From Owenia fusiformis (Eukaryota): 64,000 bases of DNA. Below the pieces are notes generated by a model that searched no databases, was not told where the DNA came from, and saw only the letters and a list, made by a program, of their open reading frames with translations. A program made the translations under genes and the position numbers. Shown here piece by piece: positions 34,626 through 47,154 of the stretch. The DNA lies in contig CAIIXF020000001.1 in the NCBI GenBank assembly GCA_903813345.2, positions 38,254,001 to 38,318,000 of the forward strand, in the 5' to 3' direction. Position 1 is the first letter of the stretch. Every line of letters begins with the position of its first letter.

Positions 34626-37600
34626 TAGACTGCGGACTATTCTGTAGAAGTGCTCTAGAAATGGATCTCGCTTTTCATGGAAGGTCACACATTCCAACAT
34701 ATTTCAAACAATTTGTATGATTATAATAGACACTTTCTGGGTAGTTGGACTTTATGTAGGGGTGGCAGAAGGCCCTCAGGCCAATTTATACCCCTACCCC
34801 AACAAAACCTTGGGGGTACTTTAATACCACCCAATAAAAATAATACTAATGCATATCAGATATTCATCGTTTTATAGTGGGTAGGGCATGCCATGGTTAG
34901 TCAGTGCCAGAAATTTCCAATCTCTGACTTATATGGTTACCATGGAAACAGTATTTATATCTCACAATCTTCTCAATTTGACCCCGTCCCAAATGTGTCC
35001 TTAAGTTCTCAAAGTGAAATATTTGCAAATCTGTTTGGATTTTGTGGCTGCAACTTTGTCAAAAGTTGAATTAATATGTATGTATTCACACTAAAGCACT
35101 AAAAACTTGATATAATGATCTCATAAATTAATAATATTTATCAAATGTAGTCACACACAACTGCTTTTAGGGAAAAGTGGGCGTGGCACTTTTTGGTACT
35201 TGTGTAATTGTTGCAGCATTAAATGAAAAATACTTATTACACTAACAACAATTGACATTTAATTAGCATCTACTAACATTGTGTAACATTGTAGTATGTT
35301 GATTATCATTATTAGATACTTTAAATATTTTATATAAGTGTTATCATGACCCTTCCCTATCATAGGTCATTAATGGTCAAATTAACTTTTAAGTCCTAGA
35401 GGTCCTTAGTCTTTTTAGCTTGTCAAAGTCGTATTCATTGACTTGAAGCTAGAATATAAATAGTTTCATTGATCAAGAGCTATGAGTTAAAATTGATTAA
35501 TACATTTGTCAGGGTTAGAGCCATTTTATGCAATTGAAAAGTAATGGACCGACACTGATCAGTACCAAGCGAAGGTAACGGCCGTAACCATCGCATCTAA
35601 GATGGCGGACAGTAATTGTCGATTTTGATATTTTTAATTTTCATTTTCATTTCATTTCATTGAATGAGTTGATGTTATGCTTTGACATTTGCACCAAATC
35701 AGGCTTAAATGACATTGGAACCATAGATGTAGTAAACATGAATAAATGATATGTGAAATGTTATGCCCTGCCTTAATACATAACTAAGATTTTCTCGGAT
35801 AAATGGTGTCTTACAATTGACTAACTGATTCTATTATCAACATCAGGTAATGCATGATCTATCCAATGGATTAATGAAAATACTTGATTCCAATATGGCA
35901 AAATAAATTATTCCATGTATGAATTGCATAGTGCATCATTTTGCAGATATTACTTTATGCATTCATCGTCTCATGGTCAACAAGGTACGGGTAAAACTCC
36001 TTTTAGTATTTCACAAAATAATGAAATATAAACAATTTACACATTTCTGAAATGCTGTACCTTTAGTGATTCCTTCGACCTGGAAAGTGGTTTGTTATAT
36101 TAAAACTTAAAATAATATCTAAACAAATCTGTTTAGTGTATAAAAACAATAAAAGTTAATATGTTTAATATCAAATATTATTAGACATATGAATATAACC
36201 TAAAATAAGAAATCTTGTTCTTGTATTCCATTTTAAAATTGGTTGAATGATTTTGGCACAGTAGAAATGATGGTCATGATTAAATATTATATGTAATATG
36301 CCCTGATGCTGTAACATCAATGGTCCTTTATAATCAGGTATGACTGAAATACTGGACAAGATCTTATAAGGTTACAGTTTCCATATAACGTATGTTCCAT
36401 ATTACTACCCCAAATCTCCATTGTGTAAGTTTATGAGTCATTATCCCTCATAGTTTATTATGGCAAATGCCTATCCTTGTCTAGAATATGTCATTTTATC
36501 AATTTTATAAACAAGTATACAATTACACGCCCCCTCCCACACCAAAACTCCATTTTCTTTATCAAATCTTTCTACCTCTATCTGTTATGATTCTCTGTCA
36601 GGCTTCCCCAATTTTCCATACTGTCAAGTGAACATCTAAATAGGATAGTTCTAGCTATTGCTGTTGTTTTGAAATGTTGACTTTTCTTGGGGAAATATTG
36701 TTTCAATTCTGACAGAAGTTTTTAGCCAATATCATTCAATTTATCAATATCCAAACGCAGGGTTTCAGAAAGTATGCATTTTGTTTGTGCCTGTATTTTC
36801 ATCATGTGTACTTATTAAGACAGCTATATTTAAACGTAAATACATTAAAACATGATACATATAATCTTTTGACAATTTCTTCAGTAAAGTGGCCATTTTG
36901 AGAAATGATATAGCTTGTACCTTTGTTTGATGCTCAACAAGATGTTCGACTGGATTTGCCTTTGTCTAATTCATATATATACCAAATACGAGAATCAGAA
37001 TCTTATTCTACAAAAGGGGTGATCATGGAAGTAGCACTAATTATTGCATCATTGCTATAAATCATGTGATTTGATTGGCTAATTCAGAACCATGTGACTA
37101 AAAATACCAGCGTATTTCACAGCTCACTGAATTATTTCCATATTTAAAAGACGTATTGTCCAGCGTATTGCCCGCCTGGGGATTCTGACAACTGTACTTT
37201 CAATGATTTTTGCAACATGTATTACCATCGCCCTACGGGCTGCGGGCAATACATATTGCAAAAATCATTGAAAGATGAACAGGTATTGCCCTCCATAGAA
37301 TGAAATATTTGCTTAACATTTCTTACTGTTTCGGGCTTAATATCAATTTTGTTATAAACTGAACAAAGCGGCACCTTTAACATGCAGCTAATTCTCCCAT
37401 CTAACCAAGAGAGCCTCTTTTAATATATCGAAATTTAAAAATTGCCTCTGATTCAATTTGTTCAATCAAATCTAAAATGGTAATACCTTTTTACTGCTTC
37501 GAACTTCCTTATATTTTATACCATTGGGGTAGGATGTTTGTCTCTTTCAATTAATGCTTTCACCAGAAACATGGATATCACTAATTTTGATTCATATTTA

Positions 37601-39128
37601 AAATGGTGTGCATGAATAGACCTGTGTATTTTATACCAAATAGAGACACTTCCCTGGAGAGTTCTAAATCTCTATATGTTAATAGCCTAGTTCCCACATC
37701 CCTTGTTGACTTTGCTTCCATATTTCCTGTGAAGCCGTGGAACAGTTCTCTTGTTCTTCACAATTTTCCATTTTAATGTAACTCAATGAATAAGGCCAAT
37801 TCATATCACTGGCTTCCCCAGGTCATTTGAATTCCTTGCAATTTTTAAATCAGCAATAAAGAATAATGGGTTAAATTATCAAATAATGAAAAAGTTGCAA
37901 ATTATGAGATTTGTTATATTGCTTCGAAATCTTGCTGAAGTGTAGTTTAACTATAGGTTAACAGGCTAAATTCTCATTGAGATAATTTTAAAGAATCTTA
38001 AACATTGACTTATTGTTTCAGTGGTCCTATTAAAGTTCATGTGTACACAATCTGAACAACATCCAGTTTCAAACACTTCTGATTATCATCAAGTTTCAAA
38101 CACAATCTGAACATCATCAAATTCAATGCAAATGCAGTTTTACTTTAATCCAACAGAACGAATATGGTAAATCAATAGACTAAGTGACACATGTCAAGTC
38201 AATGGTAAATACTTGTATCTAGCCCAACTAGCACAAGTGCTGCCATCTACCGACTAGTAACAATCCATCTATCCATATACATAGCACCTAATGAGGTCAC
38301 GACTTCAAGTAAAGCTTTTTCCCTTGTCTATGGTAAAAAATAAGTTAAACAGAAAAGTAAGTTTGACACCATTGGTGATGCCCACCTTGTATGGTATAGG
38401 GATAAAAGGAAAGTTCATGATAACACTTACATAAAATAATTTAAGTATCTAATAATGATAATGAACATATTACAATGTTACACAATGTTAGTAAATGATA
38501 ATTAAATGTCAATTATTGTTAGTGTAATATGTATTTTTTGCTTAATGCTGCAACAATTACACAAGTTCCAAAAAGTGCCACGCCCACTTTTCCCTAAAAG
38601 TAGTTGTGTGTGACTATATTTGATAGATATTATTGATTTATTGGAGCATTATATCAACTTTTTAGTGCTTTAGTGTGAATATATACATATTTAAACAACT
38701 TTTGACAAAGTTGCAGCCACAGAATCTAAACAAATTTGCAAATATTTCACTTTGAGGGCTAAGGGACATATTTTGGAGGAGGTCAAATTGAGAAGATTTT
38801 GAGATATAAATACTGTTTCCATTGTAACCATATAAGTTAGCGATTGGACATTTCTGGCACTGACTAACAATGGTATGCTCTGCCTACTATAAAACTATGA
38901 ATATATGACATGCATTAGTATTCTTTTTATCAGGTGGTATTAAAGTACCCCCAAGGTTTTCTTAGGGTGGGGGTATGAATTGGCCTGAGGGCCGTCTGCC
39001 ACCCCTACATGAAGTCCAACTACCCAGAAAGTGCCTAGCATAATCATACAGACTGTTTGAAATATGTTTGAATGTGTGACCTTCCATGAAAAATGGAAGT
39101 TGCAATTATCAGAGTAGTCCACAGTCTA
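34626..39128. mobile_element. Academ-like non-autonomous DNA transposon with ~700-bp TIRs
   Basis: TAGACTGCGGACTA...TAGTCCACAGTCTA; ATA duplicated (34623-34625, 39129-39131) relative to the empty site near 19365. The arms 34626-35350 and 38410-39128 are inverted copies; no intact ORF. Confidence 0.8.
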
Positions 39129-39746
39129 ATATTCTAATTGCCCCCTGGCCTTGAGTGTAGCCATGGAAAATGTACTCTTACATTGCTAGAGTCACTTATG
39201 GATCATATCACATACACTCCCCTCCATAAGTTTGGCAACCTCAGCTCCCCCATTGAACTACGTGTTAAAACCTCTTTACGTTTGAATTTTTATTTACTTA
39301 ACCGGCGGTGAAATAACTTATAATATCGATGGAAACGTAACTTGACTTTATTTCCAATCGCTCCAAATTTTCTAATTTTTTTCCTCAATTACAATAGGTC
39401 GAAAACTGATGATAAATTTGATGATTTTTTGAAAATCGTCATTCCCATGTAATCCAATGGGAAATGGAGGGTTCGGGGCAAATCAGAAATCAGGATATGT
39501 TTTCAGTAAAAGATTCAGCAAAAAATATTTTTATATAGAAAATTAGATTGTCTAACCTTTTTGTACACTAACTGTTTAGTTTATTTGATGAATACTAAAG
39601 TTAATTTTCCGCCTCCTACATGTTATTTCAATGGGAGAGGTTTTTTGAAAAACAATTTTGACTTTAAAGCCCTATAACTTTGTTGAACCTGAAGAAGCAT
39701 ATCAATTTTTGTAAAATAAAGTTAGCGAATTCAATTGCCTGCCTAA

Positions 39747-42700
39747 TGCCTTGGTCACATAGGCTCCGATTTTTACTACGGCGCCCGGCCGATGAGTATT
39801 TTGTTCAAAATCGGCCGGCGAGCCCGGGCATCGTACGGGCGCCGGGCGATGATCGCCACTCATCGGCCGATTTTTAGACATCGTACGGGCGCCGGCAGAG
39901 TTTTATCGCGGAGATAAAAGTTGCCGATGTCTTGGCGATTTTTTCTCAACTAAACTCATCGGTACCTACCCGGCCGTGTCCCGTCCGGTCATCGTACGAT
40001 TATCTTACGGCGCCCGGTGGCATCGCACGGTCATCTTGGGATTTTGCGTGCTGATTTGTTTGATAAATCTAATAATGATTACTTATAAAGTGATATAAAG
40101 GTTTTAAAAATAATGAGGTAAGGAATTATAATTACTACAGTACACTGTCAGATATTTTTTATAAACATAAATGGAACGATTAGGCTTACTGTAAAACAAT
40201 GACACACATTTGAATGGCTGGGCGGGTGGGTTGATCCTTATATTGACATTTATCGGTGTATGTCTGTCATACACATTGAATAGAGTGATACATTTTTATG
40301 CGTATATTCACTCATGCATATACCATTACAAATCATTTATCTAAAAAATCTTCTGAATGTTTTTGTGAGTACAGTTTTTTCAAGGGTCACAATTTTAATA
40401 CGAAAGTTCACTGTCTCAATTACAGTTAATATACCAAAGGCTAAGGATAGAGGGGATAAGGCCAATGGGCCATATATCAGGAAGGCCAAAGACAATAACA
40501 ATGCTAGTGAGCTGATGAATGATGAAGATTTAGATGTGTCTAGGGAAGAGGGTATTCCACTTGAAATAGAAGAAAAAATTCTTTGAAGATAGGCCATATT
40601 TTTATGACCAAACAAATTCTCTTTACGAGAACAGACAAAAGAAAGATGCAGAAATATGGAATTTTGCTAATAGCATCGGATGGACAGTTTTAGACATAGT
40701 ATTTGTTTATATGAAAGATCTAAAAATGAATTAAGGTCAGGGTGCACTTTGATGAAAAGACCACGTGCAGTATGGCAAGTGATTTTAGACGGTCATATCT
40801 TTCACCATGAGTACTTTCTGGGCATAAATACAGTGTTTTTAATAAACACTTGGTGAAATCGATAAAATAATATATAAAAAGATGTTTTATTTTCGAATAT
40901 TTGTGTAAAAAGATGGGTAATAATACAGTATTTCCATTCAGTATTGTAATTATTATATTATATTATGGAGGAAAAAAATATAACCAGTATAATATACTCT
41001 ATTATATAGAGATTAATATAATATAATTAGAAATAAGTGAGATCCAAATAAGAATTTTTCTATTCTAAAAAATATTATTTTTTAGTATTTTCCAATCTAA
41101 ACAGAATATATCAAATTATATTGTATTATTTGGGTTCTGAAAAATATTATACGCGATTATTCTCGTCCAACTTGATGTACATCCCATCTGGTTAATTACT
41201 TAACCAAACAAAACAAAGAATGCACAGAATGGATCAACTGTTGTACTGGCCTTCTCATCTCCATTACTTACAAATGTCACACATATTTTATTTTGATTGT
41301 TCTATTTCTATTTGAAAAATATTTACAAAATAAATATTTAGAAGAAATAAATAAATGGTTTAAATTAACGTTAACTATGGAGTGAAAATGTGAAAAGAAG
41401 TCATCAATTAAAAATCAAAAAATTAAATATCCAATAAGTTAATCGATTCAAACCAAATTTTAACACAATGTTAATCATAGAAAGAGGGACACTATACAAT
41501 CAAATAAATATGAAAAACTTAATTTGCAAATTATTATTTTTTGTGGAAATTAGAACAATCGGCTCTAGATATTAATCCATTAACTCTAACAAGCGGATAA
41601 GTTATCAGTGAACAACACTCATTTCACAGACGTGAAAAGACAAAGGGATTAAAGTATTACTTATATTGCTCTAACATCAATACATGTATGTGAATGGTGA
41701 AAATCTGCACGATTTTGAAAGAATTGTTGACCAAGGGGAGAGGATTGTTACTCGTTAGGTATGGGCCTGTATAAAATGCGTAATGTATTTAGCTGAAATT
41801 TTAGGAGTTGTGTGTCAAGACTATTTTTGTGGATGGCAAAGTGAATACAGGTGGTTGTTTGTGCCTGTGTAAGAGGTGGCCTCAATGCTGTTTGTTGTAA
41901 ACTTAATGTGTCAGAGAAACAATGGAGTAAAAATGTGAAGAATTGATTAGAAATTAACTTTCCATTGAGTCAATCAATTAAATCCAAATTTTAACACAAT
42001 GTTAATCATAACATAAGGGACATTATACAATCAAATAAATATGAAAAACTTAGTTTTTAAATTATGTTTTTGTGGAACTTAGAACTGTTGGCTATAGGAA
42101 ATTAATCCCTTGCCTATAACAAACGGATTATTTATCAGTGTTAATGAAACTCATATTAAAGAAATTGAATAATTGGGGATTAAAGTTTTACTTGTCATAT
42201 TGCTATGACATACTGTATGTCAATATGTTATCTACATCAGTTTGTTCTACCATGCACCAATTTCCTAAAGGCGTCAGATGAAACATAAGGAATAAAAGTA
42301 AAATGTCCCCCTCCCCTCTTTATTTTCATTATCAAACAAATAAACATACCGAATCTCGCACCTTTTGAATATATATATTTGGAAATGGAAAACAAAGAGA
42401 GGTTAATAAAACCAGCTGTAATAAAAAGAAATAGTCCAGTTGTAGAAGAAACAAAAGTATTACATCATGGATTAATCTGTTGTTTATATCCCTGGTTTAT
42501 ATCTCAGATATAATAAGTATAACAGAAAACACATGAATTGTGAAATGTGAGAGAATACAAGTTTTAATTTTGTTTTAGCATGGCTGTATCAGTTAACCTA
42601 ATGCACGTTTCCTAATTTATTATCAGCGATTTGTCAGAAGAAATCGGAGCAATACATCCAATTTATTACAGGCTCGTAATAAGTTTTAGCCCAGGGGATC

Positions 42701-44594
42701 AATTTTCAAAACATACCAAAGGGTCACAATTGATAATTTTAGCCAAAAATCACTTAACAGTGCTCAGATTGGTAAAACTATGTAGGATTTTGAAAGAATT
42801 TTGGCAAGGGAGGGGGATTTACTTGAACATAGCAGTTTCGTGTCATGAATGTTTTGTGTTGTTTGTGAAGTGAATAAAGGTGTTTGTGTCTGTGTAATTA
42901 TAAGAGGGTGCTTTAAGTGTTGTTTGTTGTAAACTTAATTTGACAGAGAAACATTGAGTTAAATTGTGAGGAAACCCAATGGAGTAAAAATTTGAGGAAA
43001 CCCATTGAATAAAAATTAACTTTTCGTTGAGTCAATCAATTAAATCCAAATTTTAACACAATGTTAGTCATAACATAAGGGACATCATACAATCAAATAA
43101 TGAAAAACTTAATTTGCAAATTATTTTTTCGGTTGAAATTAGAACCATCGGCTGTAGAAATTAATCCATCAACTCTAACAAACAGATTATTTATCAGTGT
43201 GAATATAACTCAAATCATAGAAATTGAATAATTAGGGATTAAAGTTTGTCTTATTATATTGCTCTGGAATGTCAACACATGTATGTGAATGGTGAAAAAC
43301 TACATGATTTTGAAAGAATTGTTGTCCACGGGGAGGGGGGTCCTTAGGTACGGGTCTGTATAAAATGTGTAATGTTTTTATTGAATATTAAGCAGTTCCG
43401 TGTCATGACTGTTTTTTTGGGTTGGCAAAGTGAATACAGGTGGTTGTTTGTGCCTGTGTAAGAGGAGGATTTAAATGTTGTTTGCTGTAACAGAGAAACA
43501 ATGGAATTAAAATGTGAGGAAAACCAACTAATAAAAAATTCAAAAAATTAACTTTACAATGAATTAATTGATTGAACCAAAAATTTAACACAATGTTAAT
43601 CATAACACGAGGGACATTATACAATCAAATATATATGTAAAAACTTATTTTGCAAATTATTTTTGTTGAATTAAGAGCCATCAGTTGTAGAGATTAATCC
43701 ATTAACCCTAACAAACGGATTACTTATCAGTATGAATGAAACTCATTTCATAGGATTGAATAATTAGGGATTAACGGCTCGAAAATAAACGCGTATAATC
43801 GGTTTTTGATTGCAATACCAACATATTATTTGCTCCTGACAAAAATATTATTCTATATTATATGGCATTATATGTTGTTCCTTTTAAATAATACACGAAT
43901 AATATTATTAAATCAAAAATAAAACTTCAAAATACGTATTATATTTTTTCCGCTATAATACAACAAATAACTGCCTACTATACAGGAAAAAATATTCTCT
44001 ACGATTCTCTCTTAATGCAACTTATTTAGCAGTATATTAAACATTTTATTCTATATTATTTTTACGTTTTTACCAAGTGAAAACAATATGTTTTCTTTCA
44101 ATTGAAGTACAAATGATAGAAAAATATCAATCAAACAATTTGAAAAATTATGAATAGGGACCCCATGTCAGCATTTTTTCTAAATATTGAACCTATTTAC
44201 TCAAAAGAGGATCTTCTTTTTCTCATTTTTATTGCATGAAAACATTATTATCCTGGAAGTCCTGTCTATCGAAGTATTTCGTTTTCAAATCTTGCATTCA
44301 CGCCATGTGGAACAGTCATACTGGGTCATACAAAAATTTAGTATAAATCTAGAGGCCTGTAGATCGACCGATGTCCTGGCGGGTGCCGTACGGCCATCGG
44401 CAGATAGTCTTGCGATACCCGTGCGATGTCTTTCAGATTCAATTGATTGCGGGCGCCGTACGATGCCTGTACTAATGTGACCATACTCACGATTAGATCA
44501 AGACATCGGTGAAAAGTCACCGGCGCCCGGTCGATTTTGAAATCGGCCGATGACTACTCATCGGCCGGCGCCCGGCGGCTATGTGACCTAGGCA
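39747..44594. mobile_element. PIF/Harbinger-like non-autonomous transposon with a MADF/Myb-SANT remnant
   Basis: TAA|TGCCTTGGTCACATAG...CTATGTGACCTAGGCA|TTA; GC-rich CGGCCGAT/CGTACG subterminal repeats; 40579-40733 reads FFEDRPYFYDQTNSLYENRQKKDAEIWNFANSIGWT. Confidence 0.75.
41370..43780 (+). repeat. Four diverged ~500-bp direct repeats inside a CAC-ended inverted-repeat element (~40846-44079)
   Basis: CAAATTTTAACACAATGTTAATCATA...GGGACA recurs near 41455, 41985, 43047 and 43580. The outer arms begin CACTTGGT and end ACCAAGTG. Confidence 0.75.
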
Positions 44595-45886
44595 TTACTC
44601 GTATTTTTGCAAGGACTCGGATGGATGGATATTCTGTCATACGACTTGCGGTAAACCTACCATTTCCCACTGGTTAACATGGGAATGTCGATTTTCAAAA
44701 AGTCATCAAATTTATCATCAATTTTCGACTTATTGTAAATGAGGAAAAAATTGAGAAAATTTGGAGTTATTGGAAATAAAGTCAAATTACGTTTCCATCA
44801 ATAGTATATAAGTATTTGCATCGCAGGTTAAGTAAATAAAAATTCGAACACGTAGTTCAATGGGGGAGCTAAGATTGCCAAACCTATGGAGGGGAGTAGG
44901 TACACGTTAATTCATTTCTAGGGGATGGGTTCTTGATAAAAAAGGTCTGTTGCATTGTTATATTTTGGTATAGCCTTAATACCAAGTCCCTTATTATATA
45001 CTGTATATATCAGAAGTGAATTTTGCTGTGAAGGTTTGACGACATAATAGTCTGCCTATCGAGTCAAAAATATTTAAAAGAATTATCTTGAGTATCAACC
45101 ACCGGCATCATGTCACAGGGATACACACATATTTTTTACAACTTGACCAGTCTTGAACAGGCAATGCGCCTATTTTTGAAGGAAAAGATAGTATTCGAGA
45201 CATGTCACTCACACAGTCAATCAAATATGATAAAAACTTTAATTTGGGATAATACTGAAGTGAAAAAAAATTATGCAAGTCATCATTCGAGCATTAATTA
45301 TGGCACAAGGAGAGCTAAATTAAATCAGATAATTATCATTTCGAGCTTAAAGTGATATTTGCAAGTCCATTTTTCTTTGATATGGTAGTTATGTACGTTT
45401 ATAATACTTTCTACATTTAACAAAACATGGAGAAATGTTTCTCTAAATATGGATAGAAAAAGAATGATTATGCTACCATATCAATAGAGAAACTGGCTCA
45501 CAAGGATTATCCATTAAGATCATTAAACCAGCCTTAATCATCAGTATGTTCTTATGAGTGAAATAACCGGGGAAACATATTAGCCCAAATAATCCATGAA
45601 ATGTTGTTTATGCAACTGTTGTCACCAGAATCAAGAATGAATGCAGACTTTGTCCTGGTTGAAGACATTATTGCTAGATTTTGAATAACAGCTTCAACTT
45701 AAATTACAAGTTCCAATGTAGGTATAGACTCAGGCCCGTAGCCAGGGGGTCCACATTTGACAATTTTGGCCCAAATATGACTAAAATCACTTGAGAAGTG
45801 CTCAAAATGGTGAAACACTGCATGATTTGGAAAGAATTTTTGGCCAGCCCCCCCCCCCCTGGCTACGTACGGGCCTGAGACTAGTT

Positions 45887-46775
45887 GGTAACAGGACAAC
45901 TCATCCCTAAGACAACTCATCCCAAGACAACTCATCCCTAAGACATCTCATCCCAAGACAACTCTTCCCCAGACATCTCATCCAAAGACAACTCATCCCA
46001 AGACATCTCATCCCAAGACAGCTCATCCCCAAGACAACTCTTCCCGACTTGAAATATAATTTAATTTATACAATTAATTTCAACTTTTGAAAGAATATTT
46101 GAAACATCTTTAGAGATTTTAACAGTTAGCACACTGTGTTTGGCCATGGAATATCTTTTGAGATCATCAAGGGTGTCAGATTAGGATTAATGCAATAAGA
46201 ATGTATTATCCGGGGTATTATCAGAATAATTCTCCCAGATTAATTCAGTCTTTGTTTTAAAATATTTTGTTTAATTCCAGTATGTCATATTTGGCTTATT
46301 CTTAATTAAGATTTCCAATTTTAAACTTTCAGAATCATGATGATTGAATTTTGAAATTATGTCTTTGACTTTTATCTTCAATTCTATATTCTCAAATATA
46401 TTGAGAATTTGAGAATAACCCAGAAATAATAAAAACACTGATAGTTAAAAGAAGAAAACTTTCAAGTGCTTTTTCAAGATGCTAAAAATTATCAATATTA
46501 AGATTGTGTGAATAATCAAATATCACTTTGTAATTGTAAAAATTAAAAAGGGATATATATGATATAGAGGACAGATTAAATAATTTATCAATTATACTAG
46601 TGGGATGAGTTGTCTTGGGATGAGATGTCTTTGGGATGAGTTGTCTTGGGATGAGATGTCTTGGGATGAGATGTCTTGGGATGAGTTGTCTTAGGGATGA
46701 CTTGTCTTGGGATGAGTTGTCTTAGGGGTGACTTGTCTTGGGATGAGTTGTCTTGGGATGAGTTGTCTAGAAACC
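45887..46775. mobile_element. Foldback TIR element with repeat-built arms and 8-bp TSD (Mutator-like, tentative)
   Basis: GG...CC ends; (ACAACTCATCCCAAG)n on the left and (CTTGGGATGAGTTGT)n on the right; GACTAGTT duplicated at 45879-45886 and 46776-46783. Confidence 0.8.
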
Positions 46776-47154
46776 GACTAGTTACGTGTTACGTGTTATT
46801 AATGATGACCGTGTAATTTATGTTTCTTTTATTCCTGATACTGCATCTAATCGTCAATATAGTCTATTTAAGGGCAACAAGATGTAAAATGCCTGTGTGT
46901 AAGACATGAACCAGTCGTTTGTGTGTACTTTTACAATACAATGTATATGTAAATATGTTTATTGGATTTAGATTGAAATAAGTTGAATCAACAAAACCAA
47001 TCCAATTCGTTTACCAATAGCGTAGGGTCACATGTTGCTAAGCGAAGGACGTCTATGTACGGAGTGAATTGGACGATTGTGATCGATGTTTTGGATTTGA
47101 TTTTCAAGGACTGTGACTGTCATTCTGTAATATTAGAGACACACTTAACAAGAT

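Larger units (their letters stand above)
39215..44898. mobile_element. Tc1/mariner-type foldback MITE, copy 3 (split by the Harbinger-like insertion)
   Basis: The halves 39215-39746 and 44595-44898 rejoin to match copy 2. Confidence 0.85.
33134..44910 (+). repeat. Local duplication, copy B (with its own insertions)
   Basis: Colinear with copy A apart from insertions at 34626-39128 and 39747-44594. Confidence 0.95.
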
